Source: Lingula anatina
Taxonomy: Eukaryota > Animalia > Brachiopoda
Direction of reading: 5' to 3'
NCBI GenBank assembly: GCA_051362555.1
Contig: CM120649.1
Span: forward strand, 12,648,001 to 12,712,000
Length of the DNA: 64,000 nucleotides
In this document: in pieces, positions 23,122-35,486 of the stretch
Position numbering within the stretch: the stretch's first letter is position 1
Layout: every line of letters begins with the position of its first letter
Notes under the pieces: model-generated
Databases searched by the model: none
What the model was told of the DNA's origin: nothing
Seen by the model: the letters and a program-made list of their open reading frames with translations, nothing else
Position numbers and translations under genes: made by a program

Positions 23122-25394
23122 CTGTTCTGTCTCAGTTTGTCCTCTACACAATCTGAACAATTTTGTCGCTGTTCACCTGACTAGCACTTCATCAGAGATA
23201 AATTCATTCCTTATTCTTGAGGTATTTCTTGCCAACTCTTGCCAAATGTTCACTTTTACTCTGCTGTTCATAAGATGCTCCCTTCAGCTTCAAATAGCTT
23301 TTTAACTTTTTTTTATATATATGAATGTGATACGATATGCATATGATGATGCCTAAGTGTATTTGGTTAATACATATATATATAGCCACTGTACTTCACA
23401 TACTCTGTTTCTTTAAGTTTCTTTGTTTAATGTCATTGAACATAAAACTGGTCCACACCCATTATAAGTCTGGCTATAAGTCCGGTCTCGTCATGTCAAG
23501 TGTACCCAGTAGAAATTAACAGCTCTGCTTTGTCTCAACAATCTTTATTTCAGGACCAATAAAACCCAAACGTATAAAAAAATCTTTAAAATATGATTTT
23601 ATCTGTAAGTATTGTCTGGAACCCCACAAAATCCCTGCATATATAACTAATTAGGACAATATTTTTCAAACATTTGCCAATTTACATTTTTATTTTATGG
23701 TCAATTAGTTAAAGAAATTTCAATATAACTCTCACTGTGGTATAGCATAAATAAAATGGTCGTATATCAATCAACCTATGTTATTGTGTTTGTCAAGTTA
23801 TGCTATGAATTCGTTCTTAGATGGAGGAGGTATAAAAGAAAGACTAGCTTTCCCGATAACCTAAGGAGCGAACAGATGAATGAAAAGGGGGAATTACAGT
23901 GTCGACATACACTAAAAGGTTAATGATCGCACTGGCTTATACTAGCATAAAACGTTAATCAGTAAAAAAAACAACATTATTTTAAAAGAAGTATTGAAAT
24001 GACGAAGAAACCGAAAACTTAAGATGATCACTCACCAATTGCAATGCACACCTTCTCTGCAATTCAACATTCACCAGTTTCAGTATCTGACTAGGAATGC
24101 TCGTACAGCCATCGATATACTTTTGGTCAGGCATAGTTCTCACTTTATTATAACAACAACCACCCTATCACATGCCACGTATGCTCTCTACCATGGCCAC
24201 AGAATTGATTTTTCACTAGATATTTACAGGCATATCTCTAACTCATTGTTAACATTATTCTTTTCGTGCTAGACTATTGATACTGTAAGGTACTGAGTAA
24301 ATAATATCACTCAACTTTCCTCTTGTATATAGAGTTCACCACACAGATATCATACTGATTTGGGGAGATTGGAATGAAAAATGGATTTTCATTTTATATC
24401 TCTTGGCAGATAACCTGTTTTGTTAAATGCAGACACTGTATGTGTCTGTTAGTATACATTCTGATCACTGACTTTTACCCTTGGACTGCAAACCCATATT
24501 TTTGTTTTGCTTGGAATTTTATGAATGTTTTTTTTAAAGGTTAAATACAGTTTGTTTTAAAACCGATATAATGAGATAATATTGTCCAAAAGTTATTGAT
24601 TTTTGTGTTTTTATTTACGGACACAATATAGCGATCAGTCATGACTGTCGTTGCCGTCATTGCCGTGTATTTTTTTTCAGTGATAATTAATACATTAAGT
24701 GGAAAATAGGTAGAAACTTACAAGACTGACAAATGTTACTAAACTTTGCGCGCGCTGAATTCGAAGATCAGTTCGATATTCGATGTTATTCAATTTTTTG
24801 TTTCTTTTTTTCAGCATACATTGTGCTATAATATGCAATCCCTGATAACACAAAAAATGGAAAATGGTTTGACCTTTTTTGTAACTTAAGTGCCAAACTT
24901 TTTTTTATTTTACTTTAGATTTGCTGTGGGACATTTTATGTTAATAAGGCGGGTTCCTTTTAAAAATCAGTATCGATTTGTACTTTTAAGTTATTTTTGG
25001 CGTGTCTTGTTCTTTTTTTGTTTTTTTGTTTGTTTTTTTTTTTTTGTTTTGTTTTGTTTTTTTGGCATGTTTTTCGAATGAATGCAAATTTGTTTTATTT
25101 TGTTGAGCTGTCCGTGTGCAAAGTTGCCATTGTATTCACTTTTCAGCTATTACTCAATAATCATTTCTGGGAGTAGATAACAACTGTCATAATCATAGTA
25201 CCATTAACAGTTCCAATTTACCACAGACATTATCTAATACAAGCTGACAATAGTGTGGTTAGATGAGAAAATTAAGAAACCAAAAGTAGCCCTTTCTCCC
25301 CAGAAACGCTCATATGACGTCATCAGAAATGAGCATCCTTTTTTTTTAAGATAATCACTGTCCACGAACGTAATATTTATTATTATTATTATTA

Positions 25395-25735
25395 TTAGCC
25401 CCTTGAGCAAATCATAATTGTCTTGATCATTTTTACTCTCACTAGTTTAGGTATATGTCTTAGCCCAAGGACCTTCGGTTTCCTAGGGTATTTCATGTTT
25501 TGGAGACACAGGTTATGAGATATATGATATATTTTTAATGAGTGTGTAATAAGAGCTATAATCATTTCACTTTGGTTTGAGAGGAAAAACAGACGTCAGT
25601 GGAATCAGTTGACCTTTTACCGGCTGGCAACTCTAAACCATCTAACTCATTTAGATATGTCGAAGCCATAAGACTTATTGTAGCATTGATTGTTGTTGTT
25701 GTTAGCAAGATAACGTATAAATATATCGTAACAAC

Positions 25736-25776
<41 letters not shown>

Positions 25777-27000
25777 TCCTGGTGGAACGTCATTGTTAAC
25801 ATATCATTGCACTGAATAGTAAAACAAGATTAAGTAAATAAAAAGAATTGCTCTCACTCCACTTTTCATCCCCTCAAAAAAAAAAAAAATGTCTCTCGCA
25901 CGGGACAAATGTTTCTGTAATCATATTACTACAATAACATAAGCAAATTTAAAGAATTTTGCGGAATAAAGACCCCTGCAAGCCATGATATTTCTGTACA
26001 GAAATTCAAGACAACAAGCTGCAATTCTCGATATTTTATTGCTAACACGGTAGGGTTATGTTCGGTAATTAGTAGATAATGATCACGTTTTACATCGCAA
26101 GGTGGAATACCAAGTTACTTGTTACCGTCATTAGTTGGTGTATTGTATGTCGACTCAGTAATCGTATTTCTGCTCGTTAATTTCATTTGTTTTGGAGAGG
26201 AATATGGTATATTTTAATCAGTACGCAAAAATAAAGCTCTGCATATAGGCCTATCTCAACTTGGTTTTACCGGAAAACCAACGCTTCCTCCTAACGTCGA
26301 TGGAATCCCCTGACCTGTTGCTGGCTGTCAATCACTTTCAACCAGTCACTGTATGATAATTTCAGAGCCCAAATTTTACCAAAAGCACATTGTTTTACAA
26401 GAGTAAAGCCCTTTGAGCAAATCATGATTGTCTTCATTATTTTTATTTACTCTCACTGGTTTGGGTATGTCTTAATTAGCTCAAGGAAATTCGGCTTTGT
26501 CGTGTATTGCATGTTTTGGAGACACAGGTGATAAGAAATATGATATATTTTAATTAGTGCGCAAAAATAAGCTTTGCAGACATCGCACCTGGTTTTAACT
26601 GAAAACCAGCGCCTCCGAATCTGCTGACCTGTGGCTGGCTGTCAATCTCCAGCAACTCTCAGCCAATCAGTGCACTATATTTTCACAGCCCAAGTTTTAC
26701 CAATATCCTGTTGATTTACAAGAGTTAAGCCCCTTGAGCAAATCAAGATTGTCCTCTTTATTTTTATTTACTCTCACTGTTTTAGGTAGGTCTTAGCCCA
26801 ATTCGACATGTCGCTTTGTCGTGTATTTCATGTTTTGGAGACACAGGTGATAACAAATAGGATATGTTTAATCAGTGCGTAATAAGAGCTCTTCGCTCAT
26901 TGCACCTTAGGTTTAGATGAAAAAGAATGCCGAACGTCGGTGGAATCAGTTGACCTGTCGCTAGCTGCCAATCATCACTACAGTTGCAAGTCAGCCATTC
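25395..27000. repeat. Degenerate ~320-bp repeat array, at least 3 units
   Basis: agccc.ttgagcaaatca at 25397, 26407 and 26728; ttttggagacacaggt at about 25498, 26514 and 26833; tggaatc...tgacct recurs. Confidence 0.75.
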
Positions 27001-27047
27001 TCATTCCCTAGGTTTAACCAACAGCTGGCCCTTTTTCTTTTGTGTGT

Positions 27048-27078
<31 letters not shown>

Positions 27079-27398
27079 CGTTCGATGTTTTGATTGGACA
27101 GGAATCTTTAATAGTAGCAAAAATTTTGTTTTTTGTAAAATGTTTCAAAGGTCTTCATGAGTTAAAAAGATCGATCGCTATTGTGCTTTCCTTTCAAAAG
27201 AATGACGGATTAATTTTTGCCTTTCTTCTTGACATTTAGTTTTTTTCTTTTGTTATTGTTATTATTAAAACATCGTTACAAGATGTGAATGTTAGTGTTG
27301 CAGAGAAGACAGCCAACTCCTCTATTGTGTGACCTTGCTACAGATAGCAAGTTTCTTGACAAGGAAGATAATGACCCTGTCATCATTTTGGTTGGTTA

Positions 27399-27598
27399 AA
27401 CCCCCTTTACACTGGACAACGTCCTTTCTGCGTCTTTTGTGCGACCATGAAACTCGGGCCTCACTGTGGTCTTTAACGGGAGGAACAAAATGTATCATTG
27501 TATGCTCAGTGGTCAGCACGTTAAGTATTTTTTTTTTAATTCTCAAACAGGGCCGTACTACGGGACGCAGAAAGGACGACGTCAGGTGTAAAGGGGCT
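27399..27598. mobile_element. MITE family with CCCCTTTACACTGGAC TIRs, copy 1
   Basis: cccctttacactggac ... gtcaggtgtaaagggg; the internal sequence is shared with 28043-28271 and 29901-30111. Confidence 0.75.
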
Positions 27599-27918
27599 GC
27601 ACCTTTCATGGTGATATAAATAATTACAAGCATAAGCCGATCAAGATAAACGAAATAACACCTGTCAATCTTATATGTTTTACAATTAACATCCCATACA
27701 CAAACACACGCAACATAGGCCCCTACTATTGAAAATACTACTTCTAAAATGTGAAAATTCAATAAGTTGTATCGAAGATTGATGCATTTTGTAAAATAGA
27801 ATGCTCGTCCAGATTTAACAAATTACAATTAACTTGATATGAGCCTAGATAAACGAAATAACACCTGGCAGTCTTACCTGTTTCCACTTGGGCTAAAATT
27901 ACGCTTAAGCACGCAACA

Positions 27919-27990
27919 TCCGACGTGGTCTAGTGGCTAGGATATCTGGCTCTCACCCAGGTGGCCCGGGTTCGATTCCCGGCGTCGGAA
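27919..27990 (+). tRNA. tRNA-Glu (anticodon CTC)
   Basis: 72 nt. Acceptor stem TCCGACG/CGTCGGA plus discriminator A; A-box TGGTCTAGTGG; anticodon arm tctgg-CTCTCAC-ccagg; T-loop GGTTCGATTCCC; downstream oligo-T Pol III terminator. Confidence 0.95.
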
Positions 27991-28042
27991 GCTGTTCCTT
28001 TTTTTTCTTTCAAATTCATGCGTTGCATTTGTGGCTTTCTTA

Positions 28043-28271
28043 AGCCCCGTTTACACTGGACGACGTCCTTTCTGCGACTTTTGTGCGACCAAGAAAGTGG
28101 CATCGCTGTGGTCGTAGAAAGGAGGCACAAGCATCTGTTTGGTTGAAGAATGAATGCTCAATGATCAGCCACTTGTCGGCACATAAAATATAGTTTGTTT
28201 TTGTTTTTTTACTATCAAACGGGGTCGTATCACAAGACGCAGAAAGGACGCCGTCCAGTGTAAAGGGGGCT
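28043..28271. mobile_element. MITE family with CCCCTTTACACTGGAC TIRs, copy 2
   Basis: agccccgtttacactggacg ... cgtccagtgtaaagggggct with TTA flanks (Harbinger-like). Confidence 0.8.
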
Positions 28272-28994
28272 TTAGTTGTTTTCTAACCACTAATGTGCTG
28301 ACTCTGATGTTTCATGCCCTATTGTGTATGTGGTGGTGGACGGGAGGGGGGGGGAGGGGGGGGGTGCGGGATGTGAAGGGTTTTGGGTTTGGAGTTTTCA
28401 TCACCTCCCGCCTTCGACCTCCCACCCCTGCTGCATGTACAGGATGGAGGCAAAAATTAGAAAGTACATAACTGAGAAAAGATATTAATTGTTTACAGAA
28501 TATAAGAGTGTTTTAATATGTAGGCAAGATTCGTTATACGTTAATTATATATTTTAAAGTAGTCGATAGGACCCTATCTAAACGTTTCAAAACTAGTCTA
28601 TTTAATTACCCGTGGAAGACAGTACAAGACTAGAACTGTTCATTTACATGCTTCTTATTCATCTATCATGAATGAAAAACCAAACTGCCTGTCTCAAAGC
28701 TCAGTCGACATACATGTATATTACGGTTTAAGTGACTTGAGTACAATCAATGTTGCTATTAGTGCAACACTATCAGTTAACCGTTATCCAATGACACAAA
28801 AGAACAACATGTTTTTATCTGTTAAATGATTTGTCAATATAATCTCTTTATCAGTAAAATAATCAGAAAACCGTCATTGTGAAGAAACTAACAATCGATA
28901 ACCCGAGACAGATGGCAATTATTTGATAATTTCACCAGCGTTTACAGAGAGACATGTACATGTAGGTGCGTAAGGCAACTACTATTATTATTAT

Positions 28995-29150
28995 GCATTT
29001 TAAATCTTCCGTGTTATTTTACATTTTCTCCATTCCATAAGGGTTAATTATCAGCATTTCAAACCTTCCGTGTTATTTTACATTTTCTGCAATCTTTAAC
29101 AGCTATCAGCATTTCAAACCTCCCACGTTATTTTACATTTTCTCCATTAT
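28995..29150. repeat. ~50-60-bp tandem repeat x3
   Basis: gcattt.aaa.ct.cc..gttattttacattttct is repeated three times. Confidence 0.8.
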
Positions 29151-29673
29151 AAACTTGATTTATGTCGTTATCCTAAAGTATAATTTTCGTGTTAAAGGCT
29201 TCTTGTTTCGCGACAATGAAGATGTCCTGTTCATAACACGTAGAATAAATGTATCGTCACAAGTAGGCGTCCTCCTTCATCTGCTCATTTATTTATCAAA
29301 CTTTATTTAGTAAGGGTAAAAGCATGGTAAATATAAAATTCAATTTCCCCGTGGGCTTCATAAAACCGCTGCGTGCACTCTTTACTTCCAGTCCACTATC
29401 ACCCACAGTCTAAACCATCCCTTTTGACCTTGATCGAGGTCACTCCTATCTCAGATATGACAAGTTGTCCCGTGATGTCGTCTTATCAAAGCAGGTCGTC
29501 TCGACTAAAGGGCTCGGGCTGAACGTGTCCCCCTGTTCTCCTCACTTGTGACAACTCGGTAGAAGAGCTACCAGTGGACTCGAAAGAAACCTGCTGCGAA
29601 CGACGTTTGGTTTTTCTTGAAATATACTAGAGGACTATATTTGTCAACAGGGTCACTGTATCAAAGCAAAAAG

Positions 29674-30511
29674 ATGGAATCGAAGACGATAGCTGTTTTG
29701 GTCTTGTTGAGTTTGTGTGGTAAGTTTGTTTTCAATATTCAAATGCACAATGTTGAGGTCAAAACTACGTATTGAAGCTCTCTGGCATAATCCACTCCAT
29801 ATTCTACATCACATAATGCTATATTCGTTACGAACGCGTTTTCAAATGATGGCACTCTTGATCGACAGACGTGTAGACTATATGGGACATAATTGCTTAT
29901 ACCCCCTTTACACTGGACGGCGTCCTTTCTGCGACCATGAAATTTGGCATCGCTGTGGTCTTAATAAGGAGGCACGAGCATTAATTTTGTATCAGAATGA
30001 ATGCTCAATGATCGGCCAGTTGTCGGGACGTAAAGCATTATAATTTTTTAACTCTCAAATGGGGCCGTACTGCTGGACGCAGAAAGGACGCCGTCCAGTG
30101 TAAAGGGGGCTTTAATAATTGTGCGAAAGATTCAACATAACGTAATGCTGTCTACCACTTCCCCAGCCAGCCAGTTAGATTTGTTTCAGCGTGTACGCTA
30201 ATAATGGCGAAATACGTACAAATATGTGTATCAATAACGCTTTATAGCAGTTTCATTTCGAAGGACATCAGTCCACTCCTTCCCCAAAATTGTTGATAAA
30301 GTAATTTGTCATTTGCTGTAGTCCAATTACTTGGCGTGAGGATGTGAGCTGTAAGTAGCACGTAGGAGCTAAAACTGAAACTGTTTGTGTAAAAAAGAAG
30401 AACCACTGGTAAATATTTAAATAAAAAAGGACTATGGGACTAGGATTAGCATGAATGCTTGTTTTAGTGGTAGATAACTTTAATTTTTTTATTTTTTTCT
30501 TTTTCTTTCTT

Positions 30512-30560
<49 letters not shown>

Positions 30561-31201
30561 AGTTAAAAACAAATTCCAAATTCCTAGTAAATGACGTCCA
30601 AACGCGTTTAAGTGTTGGGCAAAGCTTGACATTTATTGTTTCTAAATGGTAGATAAATGGATTGTGCCCCAATTCCTCAAATTAAAACGTAAGTCTTATA
30701 TATGACAGGATACCCCTTTATACATGTACATGTTTACATGTCACTTCAGTAGAAGGCCAGTGAAACGTTGCAAACCCCTGCCTTTTGACTCCTCTATTCA
30801 TTTACCCAAGATATATTAAAAAAAACATCTGAAAAAGAGTCAACATGCACCTTGTTATCAATATTCAGAACACAACGTGCAGTGTCTTACTCTTAAACAA
30901 TGGAATCAACCGCAATACTTAATAACGTCTGACCCTACGTACACAGTTCTACTTAATAAAAACAGTAAATGAACGCGCTCGTTCATTATTCAATCAAATT
31001 ACTTTTTGATAAACCATCGTTACATTTTAATTCAACAACACCCCAGTTGTACTGATAATTTCGTTAGAATCAAACTGAAAAGAATTCCATTTTTAATCTT
31101 ATATCAACTGTCTTAAAACTTCTTTGGTGATTTTTTTCCTTTTTATGAAATAATGATCAATCCGAGAGTATCAATTATTAGAGTAGGAAGGGCATTTTAA
31201 G

Positions 31202-31246
<45 letters not shown>

Positions 31247-32204
31247 CCTCTTAAGCACCTGCTTCCTGTGCTTAATGGCTGAAATGGATAGAAAATGTTA
31301 GAGAAAGCGTGTGAGGGTGTGTGTGTGTGTGGGGGGGGGGGGGGTGGATAGAAGGAGGGTGCTCTTACAACTGGCCCCTAGACCTATGACAATAGTCTAA
31401 ACCTGATGACCCCGCTCAGCCCTCCCTTTTTGCATCAGTTTGCACAAGTTTGCACCGACCGGTATCACATACATGTTGAATGGGGGAAGGGGGGGGGGGG
31501 CAAGCCCATCCCCCTACCATCCTTCTCTTTCAAAACAATTTGACAGATATTTGCGTTCCCACATCTGATAAAAATAGGCCTACTGATCTTTGGACCGCAG
31601 GAGTGCTGTAAAATTACCCAAAATGCACCTCTATTTTCAAAAAAAAATATACATATATAAATATATCTTTGTCATTATTCCTAATCATGTACAAATAACC
31701 ACTCTGAATACATCCGTACCGTACCAGTAACCAAGGTAACCTCTTGCCCCTCCCCTCCCCCCTCATCCCCATTTATCAAAATCACGCAGTTTCCCTCAAA
31801 TTGCACAAACTTGTACCAACCGCTGCCGACACTGCTTTGCGATCAAAGTTCTTCACGGTTGATTAATGATTGACCATGGGTAGGGCGAAATATTACTGAA
31901 ATGTGTACATCGTACGCAATAAACTAAGTAAATGGGGACAGAATGGCCAGAAATGGGTCAACAATCAGATGATGGGTCGTTTCGAGTCCCAACCACATTG
32001 TAAGAGAGCCAACTAACTCCTATCTTTTACTTGGACGATTTAATGTTCAGATCGCATCCATCCAGGAGTGGGTGGGGGTCATATGAAAGAAAAGATTTTA
32101 CTCTTACAACAGTGCGGATATCACTCTCTTCTCCTTCCGCTCTCTCTCGTCTTTTTCTTTTCTCTCTCTCACACTTTCTGCTTCTTCCTTCCTTCCTCCC
32201 CCCT

Positions 32205-32295
<91 letters not shown>

Positions 32296-35054
32296 GAGTA
32301 AATTGGGTCGCAAACATTTAGCAAGCATGGTGTTTTATCACTGTGTAAAAGGCAGCGATCTAGGAAAGGATCGATATTAGTGAGTCACACTGAAGATATC
32401 AAACCTGTTCGTGCCTGATAAACATTCGAACCATCTAGATCGTAAGCCCATAAAAAGATTATCAAAGGGGAGAAAGTGGAGACCCCCCTTCTCGGCCCTG
32501 TGTTTGCCATTATCTGACCCACGTGTCAGCATCACACGTGACTTCATACGGAATGATATCACGTGGGAAAACTCGACCAACGCCACAATGAGATTATTTC
32601 ATACACTGAAGATTGTCTCTAAGCACAGCATAAATTTGATCAACTTGAGTGATTACCTACGAAAATGTAACATCTATCAGAAGTCGTTTTAGATGTTCGA
32701 GCTCGCTGCTGTTGTATATTGACTCCGACAGATTTTGTAACAGACAGCTACGTGTAGCTAGAACAGCTATTAGGGCCCCTAGTGGAACGAACTGAAGATC
32801 TGAATGTCCTGGTATACACTCACATAGTTAAAACCAAGTGGTAGGGAATGCCCCCCCCCCCCCCCCCCCGCACAAAAAATCTTTTTTTCCTTAAAAGGTT
32901 TAGAAATAAAGACACACAAAGTTAACACGTGTACAAAACGTTCCAAATTACTTTTTTATGAGCGACTCACCATTCTTTTTTGGCTTCATCTGAAAAAAAT
33001 TGGCATCACTCGTCATGAAAAGTAATTTTAACACATGTCGACTCTTTGTTTTATACATCTTTGTTATATTATAACTGTAGATTATTTTGTTTGTACTCTT
33101 TACCAGAGACCAAGAGAATGCAAAAATTCTTTTACGCTAGAAAAAAGCTAATTAACCAAAGGCAAAGCTGTGAATATCTGGTGAAAAATCAATCTGTGAC
33201 CCTGGTAGAGGATAATTTGTTTGTTTTTGTTATTTTACGTTCAATAACACAATAAACAGGAATAAACGCGTAGTTGTCCTAGTTAGGTTAATGAAAATCG
33301 GAAGACCATCACACCTAAAATTTTCTAAGACTTTTCAATTAATTAGACTGACCCAGGGGGTGATTCTAATCCCCTACTGTTTCCATTTTGTAACATTTCA
33401 TACGCTGTCCTCTTGACCTGAATAGATGCGCATTTTGTCAGTAGTACCTGATATTTTCCGTTCCATGATACAATCTTATTTTCTGCATTTAGGTGCTGTC
33501 ATGTGCCAAAACAACACCACCACAACGCAAGCACCAACAACGACCGTCATCATCACAACGGTGCCGACAACAACCGCCACAACACAACAAACAACAACAA
33601 CGTCAGCACAAACAACAACGACCGCACAGACAACGACGTCAGCACAAACAACAACGGCCGCACAAACAACAACGACCGCACAGACAACAACAACGTCAGC
33701 ACAAACAACAACGGCCGCACAGACAACGACAACAGCGGCAATAACAACCTCAAATACAACAGTGAATGGAACGACATCAGCAGCGGTGACGACGACAGCG
33801 ATGGCGTCAACGCAGGCACCAACAACGCAGCAACCCGACACTAAGTACGAGGTTATTGGGGAAAACGGCACGGTTTGCATCGTGGCCGAGATGCAGTTTG
33901 AGCTGGGCATTATGTATAATGTGACAACAGTACCAGATGAGGGAAATGCGGTAAATTACACAACTCATTTGTGTGTACAACTGGAGTATCTATTCGATGT
34001 GCACGAACTTGGCTGGATGGTGGTGGTGGTGGTGGGGGTGGGGTGTTGGGGGTTTGGGTTAAGTGAGAATATGCGGACAGCAGTGTCAGGACGCTATGTA
34101 TCACAGATAAGATGCAATTTTGAAATGAAAAATTCGATATATTTCGAAGCAGGTTTTTTTTTCTTTTTGAAAAACTAGGGCGTAGTTGAGGTACCAGTAG
34201 TATGTTATCGTAATTCAATCAACCTCTCTCTTATTAAAGGTAGAGGTGATGCTCTTGGAGGGGGGAGGGGGCACAATTGTTTTAATACTCAGATACAAAA
34301 TGCATGTTTTCGTTGGGTGGGAGGAATTTTAACCTGCGACGCATCCCCGTCTTACTTTCGATTTACTTCATCTTTGCTTTCTTCTCCAGCCTGCTCCAGA
34401 CCGTCTTTTGTTATTTTGTAATTTTTTAGTCACAAGCTCGGACAAATCCCCCTTAGTCACAAGAGAAAGTACTGGTTTAATTTGAAAAGCTACAGTATGA
34501 GAAAACTTAACAAAGAGTTTTGATCCCATCTCTTTCTTGTTTTTTGTTCCTTCTTGAATACGGGATAATCATAATTCTTAAAAACCGAACAATATGACTA
34601 TGATTTTTTTCAGCTTAATCTCCAAAAAATCACTGCAGCAAATATAACCGTCAATGGCTCCTGCAACGAAGGGGACACTACGCAGTATCTGTTGCTTGAA
34701 TTTAATGAGGGTATTAATGGGTCCTGGACATTAAACCTTACCTTTACAAACCAGGTAATTATGATAATGTTAATGTTTTATTATATGTCACCAACGAAAT
34801 ATTTTGATTTAGCTCGTTGGTGCAGTGGTGCAAGAAGAATCGCGGGAATTTCACTTCATGTATGACGAAAATAAACTTGTGAAAGGTTCCTTTTTATAAA
34901 TTAGTAAGTAAAAAAAATTAAAAAGACACGAAAAAGAAGTAAGAATAATGCACTATATGCATGATGCAATGCCCACATTTACCTTCAGAGATACCCCTCT
35001 CTATCACTGCCTCCCAGCACTTTCTCTCTCTTACACACGCACGAGGGACATGCA

Positions 35055-35104
<50 letters not shown>

Positions 35105-35439
35105 TACGCACGTATCTAAAGTAATGTTTCTTTTCAGGTTTCGTATGACGGTGTCACTGCTCAGGCTGCAACCTCCTACAAACTGGACAATATCGAACTA
35201 AGCTATGTGATAGATCCTTATTTTTTTAAAGATCCTGCAGTTGAAGACATAGGTGAGAAATCAAACATTTCCAGTTTTTTGTCTCTTCGCCTTAAAAGAA
35301 TGAAATATGTGTGATTACAGCTTTTTGAGAGTTCCATACCTTTTTTTCTCTCTTAAATAATGATAATTGAAAAATTTTGTTTGTATATATTTTTGGTAAT
35401 GTAATGTAATGCAGTGCAATGCAATATGTTGTATGTACC

Positions 35440-35486
<47 letters not shown>

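Noticed and set aside
25395-27000. CRISPR-like repeat-spacer array
   Set aside because: The units are long (~320 bp), degenerate and similar throughout, in a eukaryotic context with no cas genes.
29400-29670. CLEAR/TFEB element in the LAMP promoter
   Set aside because: Only a 2-mismatch match (gtcccgtgat), which is not distinguishable from chance.
33476-33910. Overlapping antisense and alternate-frame ORFs (poly-V/C, poly-N, poly-Q)
   Set aside because: These are shadows of the low-complexity mucin exon.
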